This document shows, one piece after another, positions 29,401-42,800 of a DNA stretch of 64,000 nucleotides (position 1 is its first letter; every line of letters begins with the position of its first letter). Under the pieces are notes generated by a model, which saw nothing but the letters and a program-made list of their open reading frames with translations, was not told the origin of the DNA and did not search any database. A program made the translations under genes and the position numbers. The stretch is from NCBI GenBank assembly GCA_964035545.1, contig OZ037769.1, positions 1,240,001 through 1,304,000 of the forward strand. The letters are read 5' to 3'. The DNA is from Bugula neritina (taxonomy: Eukaryota > Animalia > Bryozoa).

Positions 29401-29874
29401 TTTTTGTTTTAACTCTGTAGCAATCAAATATTTTTTCTTTCTGTAGTTATATTTAAAGTTGTCTCATCACTGCAAAGTGCAGAGGGTGCAGCTATAGTGA
29501 CAAATGTCTTTAAGTGAACAATAAACTCAAACAAAGATGTTGTCAGCTAGTAAATTTCTACTTTTTCAGACATTGTGACCTTACGTAAAAATGTGCTTGG
29601 AGCTATAATTTAGCAAAAGATGTCTATAAAATTATCACTTAGCATGTTTTAAATTAAATAAACAGTCATTTGGGTTCTAAATGTTTTTACAATGTTATAT
29701 TAAAGATGCATATTTCAATTATATATACGCTGTAGTTGAGAATATATGCAATGAATGCATGTAAACGTTATACAGAAGATATCTATTTAGTTAAGAGTTA
29801 CAATATAATTTAATATATGATTGACATTTTCAGCTGATGGACAAAACTTTGGCACATGGGAGATAACTAACTAA
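14458..29874 (+). CDS. G2: complete secreted-class gene, signal peptide + 2 F-type-lectin/discoidin-like domains + 4 FN3 + about 10 CCP/sushi-like modules
   Basis: ATG 14458, exon 1 14458-14527 ([23 protein letters not shown]). Lectin-like exons 14988-15173, 15915-16154, 16871-17056, 17478-17720 (NLA..ATQAST, AVDG, WWRVDL, EVQVY). FN3 exons 17860-17975, 18362-18527, 18807-18904, 19268-19472, 19598-19710, 19827-19995, 20533-20624, 20884-21085. CCP exons from 21619, colinear with G1. Stop TAA 29872-29874. Confidence 0.88.
15636..15820. repeat. Two abutting palindromes: imperfect 15636-15720 and perfect 102-bp 15719-15820
   Basis: tacagtgtgata...gccattgta|tacaatggc...tatcacactgta; explains the mirror ORFs 15635-15886(-) and 15680-15889(+). 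Confidence 0.95.
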
Positions 29875-31360
29875 CTTCATTATCAAGAACTCTCTATAGA
29901 GTGGAGACGATTCAGATTACCTGGACACACTTGTGTTAGATGTCTGGTCTGGTCTTTAATGCGTGCTTTACTCAGTCTTCACAATCAACTGTGTATTGTC
30001 AGTGTGTGAACATATTATTCTAGCTGTTTCAAAAATAAGCTGTAATTGTTTTGAATCTATATACTGCTTTACTTGTTGTGTACTGTATGCATATCTGTTG
30101 TTTGTTATGACTGGTTGAAATAAAGTTTGTGTATATCATAAATGGGTTGATAGGTACGATCTACATGTAGTTGTATAAAGATATGAACACAATTCAAGTA
30201 GAGCAATAATATTAAGGAGCAGCAATGGCATAGTGGGTGGAGCTTAGGCCTAGTATACTACCTACTATATGTCTTATAAGCTTTCCTCTAATGGTACTGA
30301 TAGGAATGGCACATAAGGTGATATTATATCTGGCTACTGCTCAGTTTGTTTGATATAGTTGTGTTCAATTCTCTCTTTAGTAAATGCTCAAACTAAACAG
30401 AAAAGCTATTATGAGAATTATATATAATGCCCATTGCGTTGTATCACATTGTAATGCAAAGCCAAAGAACCACTGAACTAAAACTATCTTAGAAAAGAGT
30501 TTCAAGCGAATCAAGTTTACCATTGACAAGGAAGTTGTTATAATTTGAAACTTGACTTGTATATTACTTTAGCTTGATTCCAAATATAACTTTAGCCTAA
30601 TTTCTGCTCATGTGACTGTAGATCTAACTACTTCTCAGTCTATTTAAATTTTGTGTTCTCTCTTTTAACTAATGAATGCTCAAACTGAATAGAAAGCCTT
30701 GTATTAGCAAAAGCAATAAAAAGCTGACAAAAGATCTATAGAACAAATCTATTATTATAGAAACTCAACAATGAACAGGGAAGTTGTTTTAAACTAAACT
30801 TCTATTGTGAGTGAAACTCTAATATGTTCTACATAGCACTTCAGTAACATATGTACGTGAAGGTAGAATAGGTTAAGAAACAGCCTAGAGTAAAGTTTTG
30901 AAATAGATTATTCATATTGTGTTGAGTGAAAGAAGACAATATATTAGTTAGAGTATCTATGAAGGTCAACTAAGCAGAAGATGATGTTGACTGGAATATT
31001 GTTGTGTCTACTAGTTATACCACTTCTAGCAGTTAACTCTTACTCTCCAGGTATGTGTGTAGTGTGAGTAGCAAGAGTTAATATAATTTTCTAAACTAAT
31101 GCTGAAAACACTTCTTTGAAAACAGTAAACTATGTTTATAGTGATTATATGGCTATATGTTTTTGTTTTTTACCAGAGTTGTAAAAATGGGCAACTTTAC
31201 ATAAACATATAGTTTTATTAGAAAGCAAAGTAGAATATTAAAAGGAATCCCATCAACCTAATCTGGAAAGTACAGAGTTTTATTACATACTAAAGTCAGT
31301 ATATGGGTACAATGACCATAATTCCTTAGTTTTTCTATCAGTGTACAATCCTAATATGAA
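19598..31360 (+). repeat. Segmental duplicate of about 3079-14850 (offset about 16.5 kb)
   Basis: Colinear, near-identical introns, exons and intergenic DNA. Confidence 0.92.
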
Positions 31361-34300
31361 ATAATAGATATGCAGCTGTTTTCATACTCACTGGATCAAA
31401 TTTCTTTTGATCTCATTCATTTATGATTAGTAAACTCTTTTTCTCCAGGTATATATCACATATAGTTCTGTACATCTATCAAATATATGAGTTTATGATC
31501 TAAATAGAAGCACATAAAGATACAGATATTTCAGGCACAGTCTCTTAGAGGAACAGTATAATCTAAAAATTGCAGTTGTTTTTCGTAGTCACTGCATGGT
31601 TCAATCTTCTTTTGATCTCATTCACTTATGATTAGTAAAATGGAGAACGATTATTGTATGCTACTATACATCTGAGCTGGAGCTGTTGAGTTGGTGCAGT
31701 AACTAATTTATATATACAGAATATAATTATACAGTATGACAGTTCACAAATTTTTCTACTTATAACTCAAACAGTGAACCTAGCCAGAGAGAGGGCCACG
31801 CAAGCAAGCACCCTCTATGGTAATGGTTATCCTGCATACTTGGCAGTAGATGGGGACACTGACACATATTTCTACAGTGCTGTGGTACCCGATGATTGGT
31901 GGAGAGTGGATCTTGATGATGTAATAATTGTTAGAAAAATAGTCATTGACACTGCCGCCAGTAAGTATTGATCTCTGAAACCAAATAAAATAGTTTTCAA
32001 GTTAATACAAGTAATACCAGTAAGCCATCATTGTCAGCTCATATTGCTTTAATTGTTTTATAGGGGTTTCAGCTAATATTATATACATTTATATGAAAGT
32101 GAAATAAATTATGTATTCAAATTGAGGCAATGTCTATAAGCTTTTACTGCAAGTGTGAAAACTATACTAACTTGGCTGTTTAATGGTCAGACACTGAGAT
32201 AATGATTGACTATACAAGTGAATTATCATTAGTATATTACATAGTATTTTACATTGCTATATACTGTATAAAGTACACAGGCTCATGAGTTGTGTTGAAT
32301 GTTTAGTTTGTGATGACAACATATTGTGAATGAGGCAGTATAATTGAAAATAGTATAAAGCAAATTGCTTCTGCTAACACTATAGTGTTTTGGTAAAACA
32401 ATTAGGGAAAATAAATTATAAACTCTAAGTAAACATGCATCTTTGTACTTGGATCATTGAACGTACAATGGCTTAATATTTCACACTATTTGAAGACAAC
32501 AGATCACACTGTATATCGTGAAATACTAAAAAAGCACAATAATCCAATGCGTACAATCTCTGTACTATTTTAAACAATAATTTCGTCCAACTTTTCTATT
32601 TTTAGCTCCAGCATTTACCAATGTCTATATTCTATCAATTTCTATGAATAATCCCACTGATGTACCTTACCCAGAGAGTTCAGACTGGAGAGTTCTACAG
32701 TCTGGAGTAACACGCACAGAAAGTGCTTTTTATACCATATTCAAATTTGACTTTGCCCTAGATGAGAATGTAGAAGCTAGACACATTGCTCTCTACAGTG
32801 CTACTGGTGGATTACAGTTCAATGAGGTAGAGGTCTATGATGCAGGTGAGTGAAGTAGTTGCTGAATGTTAATTTACTGCCCAGAAATTTCTTACACCAT
32901 TTTTTCTATCGATTTGGAGGTGGTTTTTAGTTGAAAAACTAGAACGCTGTTTAATTATTTGTATAACCTTGAATTTTATCAGGCTACAATGTGCGTTAAC
33001 ATATGTAGTGTAGAAATTTCTATGTATGTTATTTAATAGCTATTTATTGTAAGTTCTTAGTGTTTTTCTGCAAATTTTATAGATCAAAATGACTCTTAGA
33101 GTGTGCACTACAATTGCCACCCTATAGATTTTTACAGTTTTGATGTTTTGTACCCATTTTCGAGCTATTTACATAAGCAGCTAGAAAAGTGCAACTCTTG
33201 TATTTTTATGCTTCCAAAATTCCTGGCTTTTGTCAGCCACAAAAAGATGAACAGTGAACTTTGACTTTGTGCATGACATCATGATATTATAAAGCATGAT
33301 TTCCTTCCATAATTTGAAATCTGTGAGCTTTTACTATAGGTGCACACTTGAGTGCTGCGCATAGACAAAATGAGAGCTGTAAATCTTACTTCAGAATCAA
33401 AGTCTGTCGTAGTTTTTTTACATAAAGAAGGTTTTTCAATCCGAAAAATATTTGAAAAGGGTGGCATAGCAAAGACAACCGCATATCAAATTATCAAGAA
33501 GTTTATTGATTGATTGATTGATTTTATTTCTATCACTAACATGATATATGTTGTGAAAAAAAGGTGTTAAATACCGATGCCCGTGATATTAAAAATGGCA
33601 ACAGTGTAACATACATGGCTTAAAAATAGGAGTAAAAAGTCTCTGAGGCTAGAAGCTCAATTAACAAAAATTATTGTGCAAGTTTATTTAGCTTGAGTGC
33701 TGCCTGGCGTATAAAAGAATCTCTGCCCCAAGTGCTTCTGTATTTAATAATAATCCATGCAGTTTATCTAGCTTGTAGCGTACAGATTGTGCATTGGTCA
33801 GTATGATGGCTGGCAGGGGAGCTCTTGAGTTTTTTCCTATTTTTCTTGCTCTAAGTATTCCAAAGTCAAAATTTTTAACTAGAGTTTTGAATTGTCAATT
33901 TCATATATCCTTCAGATAGTCTCTGTTAATAGAGGTTTTAACTTCCAGCAGAGAATTCATGTTCATGTATGCTAGACCGTCACACCTCTTAGTTGGTATA
34001 CATGAGGGGAATATGAGTAGCACCAGTAATAACAAAAGCTTCAAAAGCTAAATAGCTATGAGTAGCACCAGTAATAACAACGGCTGCAATAGCTGCGCCA
34101 TTATGTTAGCAGAGTTGTGAGAGCTATTGAAAACACAACCTCTCTCTATGGAGACTGGCAGTGTAGCAGACCGACCTCGAAGTGAATGACCAGGAACCAG
34201 CACACCCAGAGATGACAAAGTTCTCATTAGAATCAGCAAGAAGGATTGCCACAAGACAAGTCATGAGTTGGCAAAAGAATGGTCAGAATCAACAGGAACA

Positions 34301-36757
34301 GCAGCTTCGACATCTCTGATAAGGTGAAGATCGCTGAGCCATGGCCTACGTGGCTGCAAAGCAAAAAGGAAGCCTCTACTAACCGAGAAGCAACGAAAAA
34401 GCAGGCTACTGGTGAGCCAGGGAACATGCTAGTTGGACAGTGAATGATTGGAAAAAAGCAATTTTTTCAGATGAATCCACATTTAATTTGAACAATCATG
34501 CAGGAAACTGTTTTGTTAGAAGATGTCAGTATGAGGAATATAACCCCCAATGCATAGTTCCAACAATTAGGCACCCTATCAGTGTTATGTTCTTGGGTTG
34601 CATAACATCAAAAAGTGTAGGTCGACTCAGTATTTGCTCTGGAATGATGAATGCCCAAAAATATATAGAAACCCCGGATGCTAAATTTCTTCTAACTATT
34701 AAAAACTTTTTTTCAAATAAATTTTACATATTTCAAGATGACAATGCACCATGCCATCGGGCAAAATCTGTTAAAGAGTGGATGAAAAGGCAAAGTGTCT
34801 CAATGCTTAGCTGGCCAGTACAAAGTCCCAACTTGAACCCAATAGAACATCTGTGGTCAAGAATGGCTAAAATAGTCTCCACACAGAAGCCAATAACTAA
34901 GGTGACACTCATAGAGTCCGTAATCCATGCATGGCATCATGTTGTGACTAAGGGCGAGTTGGAGAAGCTGTAGGAGTCGATGCTTTGTCGATGCCGACAT
35001 GTGATTAAGAAAAAAAACTGGCCAACAAAATATTGACACTAAAATTTAAAACACTGTGTTGTAATGCTGCTATAAGGTGTAGAACAAATCACATATGATA
35101 CTTTTTTTAATTTTAAATAAAATAGCACTATGTAATACAGTACACACAAATTGTGAGAGCATCAATTAATTCCCATATATGCATAGTAGCGCATTACTTT
35201 ATCCAAATTTGAGGAGGAAATAAAAAGTGACACTAAAATAATTTATATCACTGAGATAGGGAGATCTGAAGAACCACTTTGATAGGCACCAAACCTATGG
35301 AAATGTTTTTCTTATGTTGTAAAATTAGCTTGGAACATTGCAATACTGAAAAACAATAAAGCATTCTTAAACTTTTCCATAGCACTAAAATTTATATATT
35401 ATTGAACGTAGCTTATTGTTGAATTGGCAACACATATGTGCTAGGTACATCGTTATACATCATTCTAATTACCATAATATATTATAATGAGTTCACATCC
35501 AGTTATATATCTATCTTCTAGATGTGAGTAAAATAGTATTTGATTTAGACTACCGTTTCTTCCATGCTATAGCCTTAATTCTTAATTATATATGATAGAA
35601 TCATACCTATAAATATCACCTGTTGTTAATAGAAAATTTAAATTATGTGAAGTGCATTCATACACACCTATTAGACACTCCATCAAGTGGTTAGTTCATT
35701 AGTAGGACAGTATAATTCACTTGCTGATTACTCTTACTATACTGCATCACTTACCAAAATGGTCACCCTATTCTGTAAACATAGGGAGAGGAAAATCTAC
35801 TATATATATCAAACAATTTATAGCCTACACTACATGAATCAAGAGTGCATAGTAAATAATCAAATATTCGTAAGATGGCATTTTTTAGAACTGCTTATAT
35901 ACTTTTCAGTGAATATAGCAGAAGGAAGATATACATTCAGCAAGACTCATCATAACATATACGTGGTTAGTGGGAAAGCAGTAGATGTAAACCCTAGGTC
36001 GTTTTATAGAAGTGAAGACAAACCTGACCAGTGGTGGAGAGTTAAACTGGATGAGACTGTATATGTTAGAGTACTAGCTATTCGTAATAAAGATTGTGAG
36101 TATAATATTTTTGTTAATAATTTACAAAGCAGCTTATTTGCTACTTAATCAGAACTTAAGTATTAAAGAGTTGAAATAATTGCCCAACTATAGTTAGGGT
36201 AAATTTTAGGATAAGGTAGAGGCATATTTTAAAAAAAGAAAGATTACCATCGCAAAAGTGATAGAATGACATTTGTCGAACTACTTTAAATATTTAGAAA
36301 TCGGTTTTATTCAATTTAGTTAAGAGATTTAGGTTTCATTCTTTAAACGTAATGTAAATAGCTTTATCTTCTACTATTTTTACTCTATATAAACACCCAT
36401 AAGACTTTTGGGAAATAACATACAACTTTTTTTACGAACAATTCAATAAAATCCAATAAAATTCTTTTTTGTTTTACTTCAGCTGAGAGGTTTAAAGACG
36501 TATCAATCCTGTCATCAACACACTCCACAATAACAGAAGATCCAACACCTACAAGTTCAGAATGGACTCTGGTCATGTCTGGAATATCACGAGAATCAGA
36601 TAGAAGTTCTACAGAGCTTACATATAACTTTGATCTAACAAACGAGTTACAAACTAGACACATTGCACTCTACAGCTCTAATAGTATTGGACTGAGCATG
36701 CTAGAAGTTCAGATATTTGCATATGGTAAGTGGTTTAACGTTATATTTCATTTGTAC

Positions 36758-36849
<92 letters not shown>

Positions 36850-39800
36850 TCACAGAAGTTTATAGTCGCTATCCCTGTGAGAAACTCCTGATGGAAAGGG
36901 TTTTTGGTAAAATGGGCTGAAAGCTTATTTAATTGAAACTATCATTGAAATTAAGGGTTGACAGAAAGGGATTGCTTTATAGTTTACGGATGTTTAAACA
37001 AAACACTTTCCATTGGTTGTTTTTAGACTTGATGCTTACATGGCAAGACTCTTCAGCGATGTTGGCAGCAACCAGTAGTTCATGTTTGACTCTCACATGG
37101 ACACGACCAGATGCAGAATTTGGTGAAATATCTAATTATAGAGTTAGTATTTATATTACTTGTATTTACTATACTATCCATTCTCTTAAAACAATTCAAA
37201 GTTAGTTCAAGTTTATTAAAATACATGAGATAATTTATGTTTAGTACAAGTGTACTTCACAAGATGACTGGACTATCACAGAGAACACCGAGTTACAGAC
37301 ACAGATATGTGGATATTCCCATTCTACAGATGTACAGTGTGAGCTGGAAGCATGGAACAGTCATCAGTACAGTTCAATTACTACTTCTGTAGTTCAAACC
37401 CTCTGTCTAGGTATGGCTTGACATATAGAAGTCATTTGGGCAATTTGTTTTTTATGTAACAAAGGTCTGATTATAAGTATAATTTGATTATTTTATCTGA
37501 CATTATTATTACAATGAACGTATAGTAAAACTAGCTATTCAAACTTTTCCAGATATTTTCCTATATTAAAAGTATGTTTTATATAAATAATGTCAACATA
37601 ACTAGTTATTTCAGTCTCTATTAGAATATACGTAAGTTAGTTACATGCATGCTTTAAATAATTTAATTAAAAGCCAAATTTATTTCAGCTCCTTCAAAGC
37701 CAACAGCAGTTAAATTAACAAGCGCCACACCAGTTAGAATGGTGAGAGATGGTAAAGTTCAACTACTGTATTCTGTACAGTGGACTGTAAGTATTATTGG
37801 ATAAAGTGTAATGTTAAGATTTTCGCTTGATAGTCACAAAATGACGATTTGGATACTGCCCATTCCAAAACACTTCATTTATAAGAAAATGTTTTCAACA
37901 TGCTGAAATTTTGTATACATACTATAGCAAACTTACATAAATATATACTTGTAAAAGTAAAATAAATTATTATAGTTCAATAATGACTTAACATATAGCT
38001 ATTTTTGTCAAAACCAGTTAGAAGAAATTTAGAAAACATTATAGAACAGTGTAGGAACTCTTCCATTTAGCACATATTTTTATTTCCCTCTTTGGTCTTT
38101 TTAATGAGGTAATGATTCACAATTGTATATTTCCATTTCTTGCTTTAGACACCCCAAAGTTCAAACTGTGAAAATATAACAGGATATGATGTAAGATATC
38201 CAACAACTGAATCTACACCTACACAAGTCAGTAGTACCAGTACTAGCATACTGACAGGTGGTGATGTGGAGATAACTTTCTCTGTTAGAGCTAAGAACAA
38301 TGATCACCTTTACTCAGACTATGAGACAATTGTGTTTACATCTCCTAAATTAGGTGAGATTATATGACTATGTTCAATCTATTAACAATAAACTATTTTT
38401 GTATAGTAAATAATGTTTATATTTCAGAATTTGTTGCAGCTTAAAAACAAAATTTGTCAAATTGTTTTATTCAAAAGGTCCAATTTGGAGCTGTACTCCC
38501 CAGCTTTTTATCCACCCTTCTAGCAGTGAGTGTGTTTCTCTATCCTGGACTCTACCAGATTATTCTAATGGTGATATACAAAAGTATGAGGTGAGATATT
38601 CTCATTCTATATAGATTTTGTGTTAAACATTTTTTTTGTAATTATGTATTATTCAGCTGCAGCTGAATAATACATAATTGCAAAAACAAGTTTTCAGTTC
38701 TTATTGAAATGTTTCTAGATCAAGTGTACGGGTCAAACAGACTGGGCAGAAGTTGAGTCATCTAAACTGGACACACTTGCCTGTGGACTTTCTCCAGACA
38801 CAGAAGTAGAGTGTACAGTGAGAGCATGGAATGAACAGACATTCAGTGATGTCATTACATCGGATAAAATCAAGACTTACTGTTCAGGTATCTTTTTATA
38901 AAATACATTATTCTGGATAATCAAATTTTATTGCCTTATGTAAACATATTTCTGTAGGCAAATGATAAAAAGAGTCGAGAGACATATATTAGTTTATGAG
39001 ATTGTTTCAGGTAAAAATTGTATGATTTATAATTGTCCACTTTGTAACAGCTTCTACGTCTCCAGGAAGTATTCAGTTCAATGACAAAGGTTTAAAAACA
39101 GATAGTAGCAGAAAAAGAAGGGAATATCTCATTACTTGGCAGGTCTGTGTATATAGTTTATCAAATAATAATGTAACAGAGAACTATAATGTCGCGTATT
39201 ATATCCAATGCAAGTGTCCTTTTAAATTAAAGAAGCTATCATTTTTTCAATCAAAGAGTTTACTTACATTGTTCAAAGAAACAAAAAATTTCATTGTTTT
39301 TGTATTCAAATGCAACATGAGCATATTGATAGCTTACCTTGTTACATAACAGGCCCCATCTACAATAAACTGTGACAGTATAGCAGAGTATGAGATAAGA
39401 TTTCCAACATCCTCTTCTGATATAATAACAATGACCTCTAGAAGTATGACAGTGTATACAGAAGGTGATGTAGAGGTCAGCTTCTGGGTGAGAGCTGTGA
39501 ACAATGCTGGAAATATATCTGAACCTCGTATTAGGACTATTACTACTGCTACTTTCAGTAAGTCATTCTATGAATAAATGTATATATAACATACACATCT
39601 CTTTCAATAGGCATTTGTATTATATTTATTATATTATTGTATTTATGCAAGAAATAATTGGTTTTCTTCAAAATATATAATTTACCAGTAATATAATATG
39701 AATATGTGACTTAGTATATTAAATCCTTTTGATTAAGGCATTAACATATTTTTTTATATAAACTTCAGTTTATAAACCAAAATTTATTTATGAGTATTTT

Positions 39801-42800
39801 GAGGCCTAAGTCAACGATAGTTAATACCTAGTCACTTAGTATGCTTTTATTGATATATTCTTTAGTGTATTGCAGCCAACTGTTGCTTTAATAATTATTC
39901 CTTAAAAAATTGTTAAAATGCTATTAAAATCACTTTTACAAAAAGGTATAATACATTTATTTGCAATAGTTTCAAGCATTTTGGTTACAATTATAATTAT
40001 ATTTATAATAGGCTAAACATTCCTTACAAATCTTTCATCCTTCTGAAGTTCAAGTGCAAAGGGACTCTTTTTCAAGTAATGTATCCTCATGAAAATTACA
40101 AAATTAATTTCCTTGTGTACACAATTCTTTATCTCAAAACATTTCTAGGGCCCCAGATAGCACCAAAAGATTTCCAGTTGAAAGTTATCAACTCAAGTTG
40201 TATAAGGTTGTCATGGCAACCACCAGAATATCCTAATGGACCAATCACACAGTATGAGGTAAATATTTAAATAACAAATATATACACTGTAATTATTACA
40301 CATTTATTATAATGTTTGGTGGTGCTTGATACTTCAAAAATCAGTTGGTATATCATATACTTTAAATTTATCTCATATTTTTGTTTAGTTTAAAAAAGTC
40401 AAATTAAAGCCTAAAATTGTGACTCATTGTAGTACAAGTGTACTGGACACAGTGACTGGCTCGTTGTTGAGAAGACAACTCTTGACTCTGTAGTATGTGG
40501 ATATTCAGCCCATCAGCTGGTAGAATGTGAAATATTCGCTAAAAACAGCGAAAGAAAGAGTGATGGTGCGGAAAATAATGCAAAAACCTTTTGTGCAGGT
40601 AGTTGTCTATTGTCACTAATACCATAGCTCTGTTTGTTTGCTGTAATACATCAGGAACCTAAGTATAAATGTAGTGTAACTTCTTCTCATAACATATTTC
40701 AGCCCCAGAGTTCCACTTTGATTTGTCTCCATACATCCTAGGAGAAGCCTCTAACAACTCAGATGGTCTCGCAGAAATCAACTTGAATCTACTTAATTCC
40801 TCAGTGGTAGGTTTAATTTAAAGTAATAAGTTGATTTTTAAATTGCTTCCTATGATTAGTAACTTCATTTTTTGCAAAGTATTTTGTATGCAAACTTGAG
40901 TAAAGTCATCCAAGGAAATCTGCTACGATATACAAAAAAAAATTTAAACACTTTTGCTTAAATGCTTTTTTTATCGACTTATCATCATTCGTATTCTATG
41001 ACAAGTTAAATAAGTCTACTTTGTGTTTTAAAAGCAAAACATAACTTTAATTTTGTCTCAATTTTCACAGAACAGAATAAACTGTGCCTCACTCACAAGT
41101 CTAGAGTATAAACTCAGTGATCAAGACAACTACACAAACGCTGGAGAATTCATTTATGGACTACAACCCTACACTAACTACACTCTGTATATCAGAGCTA
41201 CTAATAATGAGCAATTTACTCAGAATCTAACTTGGACACTGCTGACCAAACAGCTGGGTAATTATTGCTTAAATTTACTAAATATCCAGACTATATTGTA
41301 TACACATATTATGTTGTGTTGAACTGGGCTCTTTTAATATTTATAAAAGATATTTATTTGTTTTCAATAATTTACCTACCAAAATGGCTTGATCTGAAAT
41401 ATTATCTTTACTATTTTAGCTCCAAGTGATTCTCCAAGAATAATCACAGACTTTGAAGCCAGCTGTGTGAATTTAACCATTTCTCCACCTGAGCATCCTA
41501 ATGGACTTTTAACACATTACTCTGTAAGTTGTAAACTAAAATGAGGGTTTGTTTAGAGCTTCAATATTTTCCAGTATTGAAATGACAATAGAACAGTAGT
41601 AATCACATTTTCAAAATGTTTTTTTTTCTATAGTATGCATGCAATGAGGTGAACATATTAGGAATAGATGAGAATCTCACCAAAGTTGTTAATAACATAT
41701 CTGTGAGTTATAATGAGAAAAAGGAAACTAAACTATCACTCTGTAACCTGACCTCAGCAACCAGAATTAGATGTACAGTAAGAGCTGTGAACAGTGCTGG
41801 AGAAAGTCCAGTGAAAGTGGTGGATGGATACACCAAACTTAAATGTAAGCAAAGCCACATTTAAACACTTTAAGCACATCAAAGATTGCAGTAGAAATAA
41901 TTTTCAGAAAAAATTTGTAGAAGCAGACTTTGAAGGATAAAATCAAAATTTGAGTTTACTTTGCTGAAAAAGCTATAATGTAAAAGAATACGCCATAAAT
42001 AAAGGAGAATATTGCATGATTTTACTATTTATCTCAACTAGCATTTCCAAATAAAGATTTTGTTCAGAGCAAACCAACTGTTCCAATTGTCAAGATATGG
42101 TTTATTACACTGTTTGAATATTTTTACTTTTTAAAATATTTAAAACAATTATTTTTAGAGATTATTTTATTTAAATTGATAAAAAAATTTCATCACAAAT
42201 GAAGTGTTAACTATAATTATATTCTAGTGAAAGAGGGAAATGATATTATAGCACAAATAGCGCCATCTTCTCTTCCTGGGGAGCTGCTTTTAATAACCAT
42301 TCCCACACCTTTTTTTGAGAATGGAGAAGTGAGGTTTGTCTAGTCTATATATAAAACACAAATTTACATGATGTGATAGTAATTGACAGGAAATGCCAGT
42401 TAAACACTCATCCAAAAATCGCAATGATTGTAATTTTTTTTCCAGCAAGTACCAAATAGTTCTCCAACAACAATCTCAGCAGAACAGAAAGAAGAGAGAT
42501 TTCTCATTAGAAAGTGACGAATGTAACTCAACTCAACTATTCCACTACTCTGTATCTCAAGAGAAAGGGTTAACATGTTACATAACAGCAGAGATAGATG
42601 TAGAGTCAGATGGTGAAACAACAGTCAATATTGGTGATGGTAAAACATATGGTGGATATGAGAATGTGGATCTGGTTCCTGGAGCAGATTACTTCTTGGT
42701 GGTTGTTATACTAGTAAAGGTAGAGGTAAGAGTTTGCTGAATGCTAAATTTCGTTGAAAAAGTTATCATATATAGATGCTTTTGAAACCGCAAACAATTT

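Noticed and set aside
3079-31360. G1/G2 as uncollapsed haplotypes
   Set aside because: Different FN3 copy number and mosaic junctions favour a real tandem duplication, but this cannot be excluded without read depth
34440-34973. Active or domesticated transposase driving rearrangement
   Set aside because: Interrupted by a LINE, with stops and frameshifts, and no left TIR
36717-36920. YI-repeat ORFs
   Set aside because: Translation of a (TA)n microsatellite
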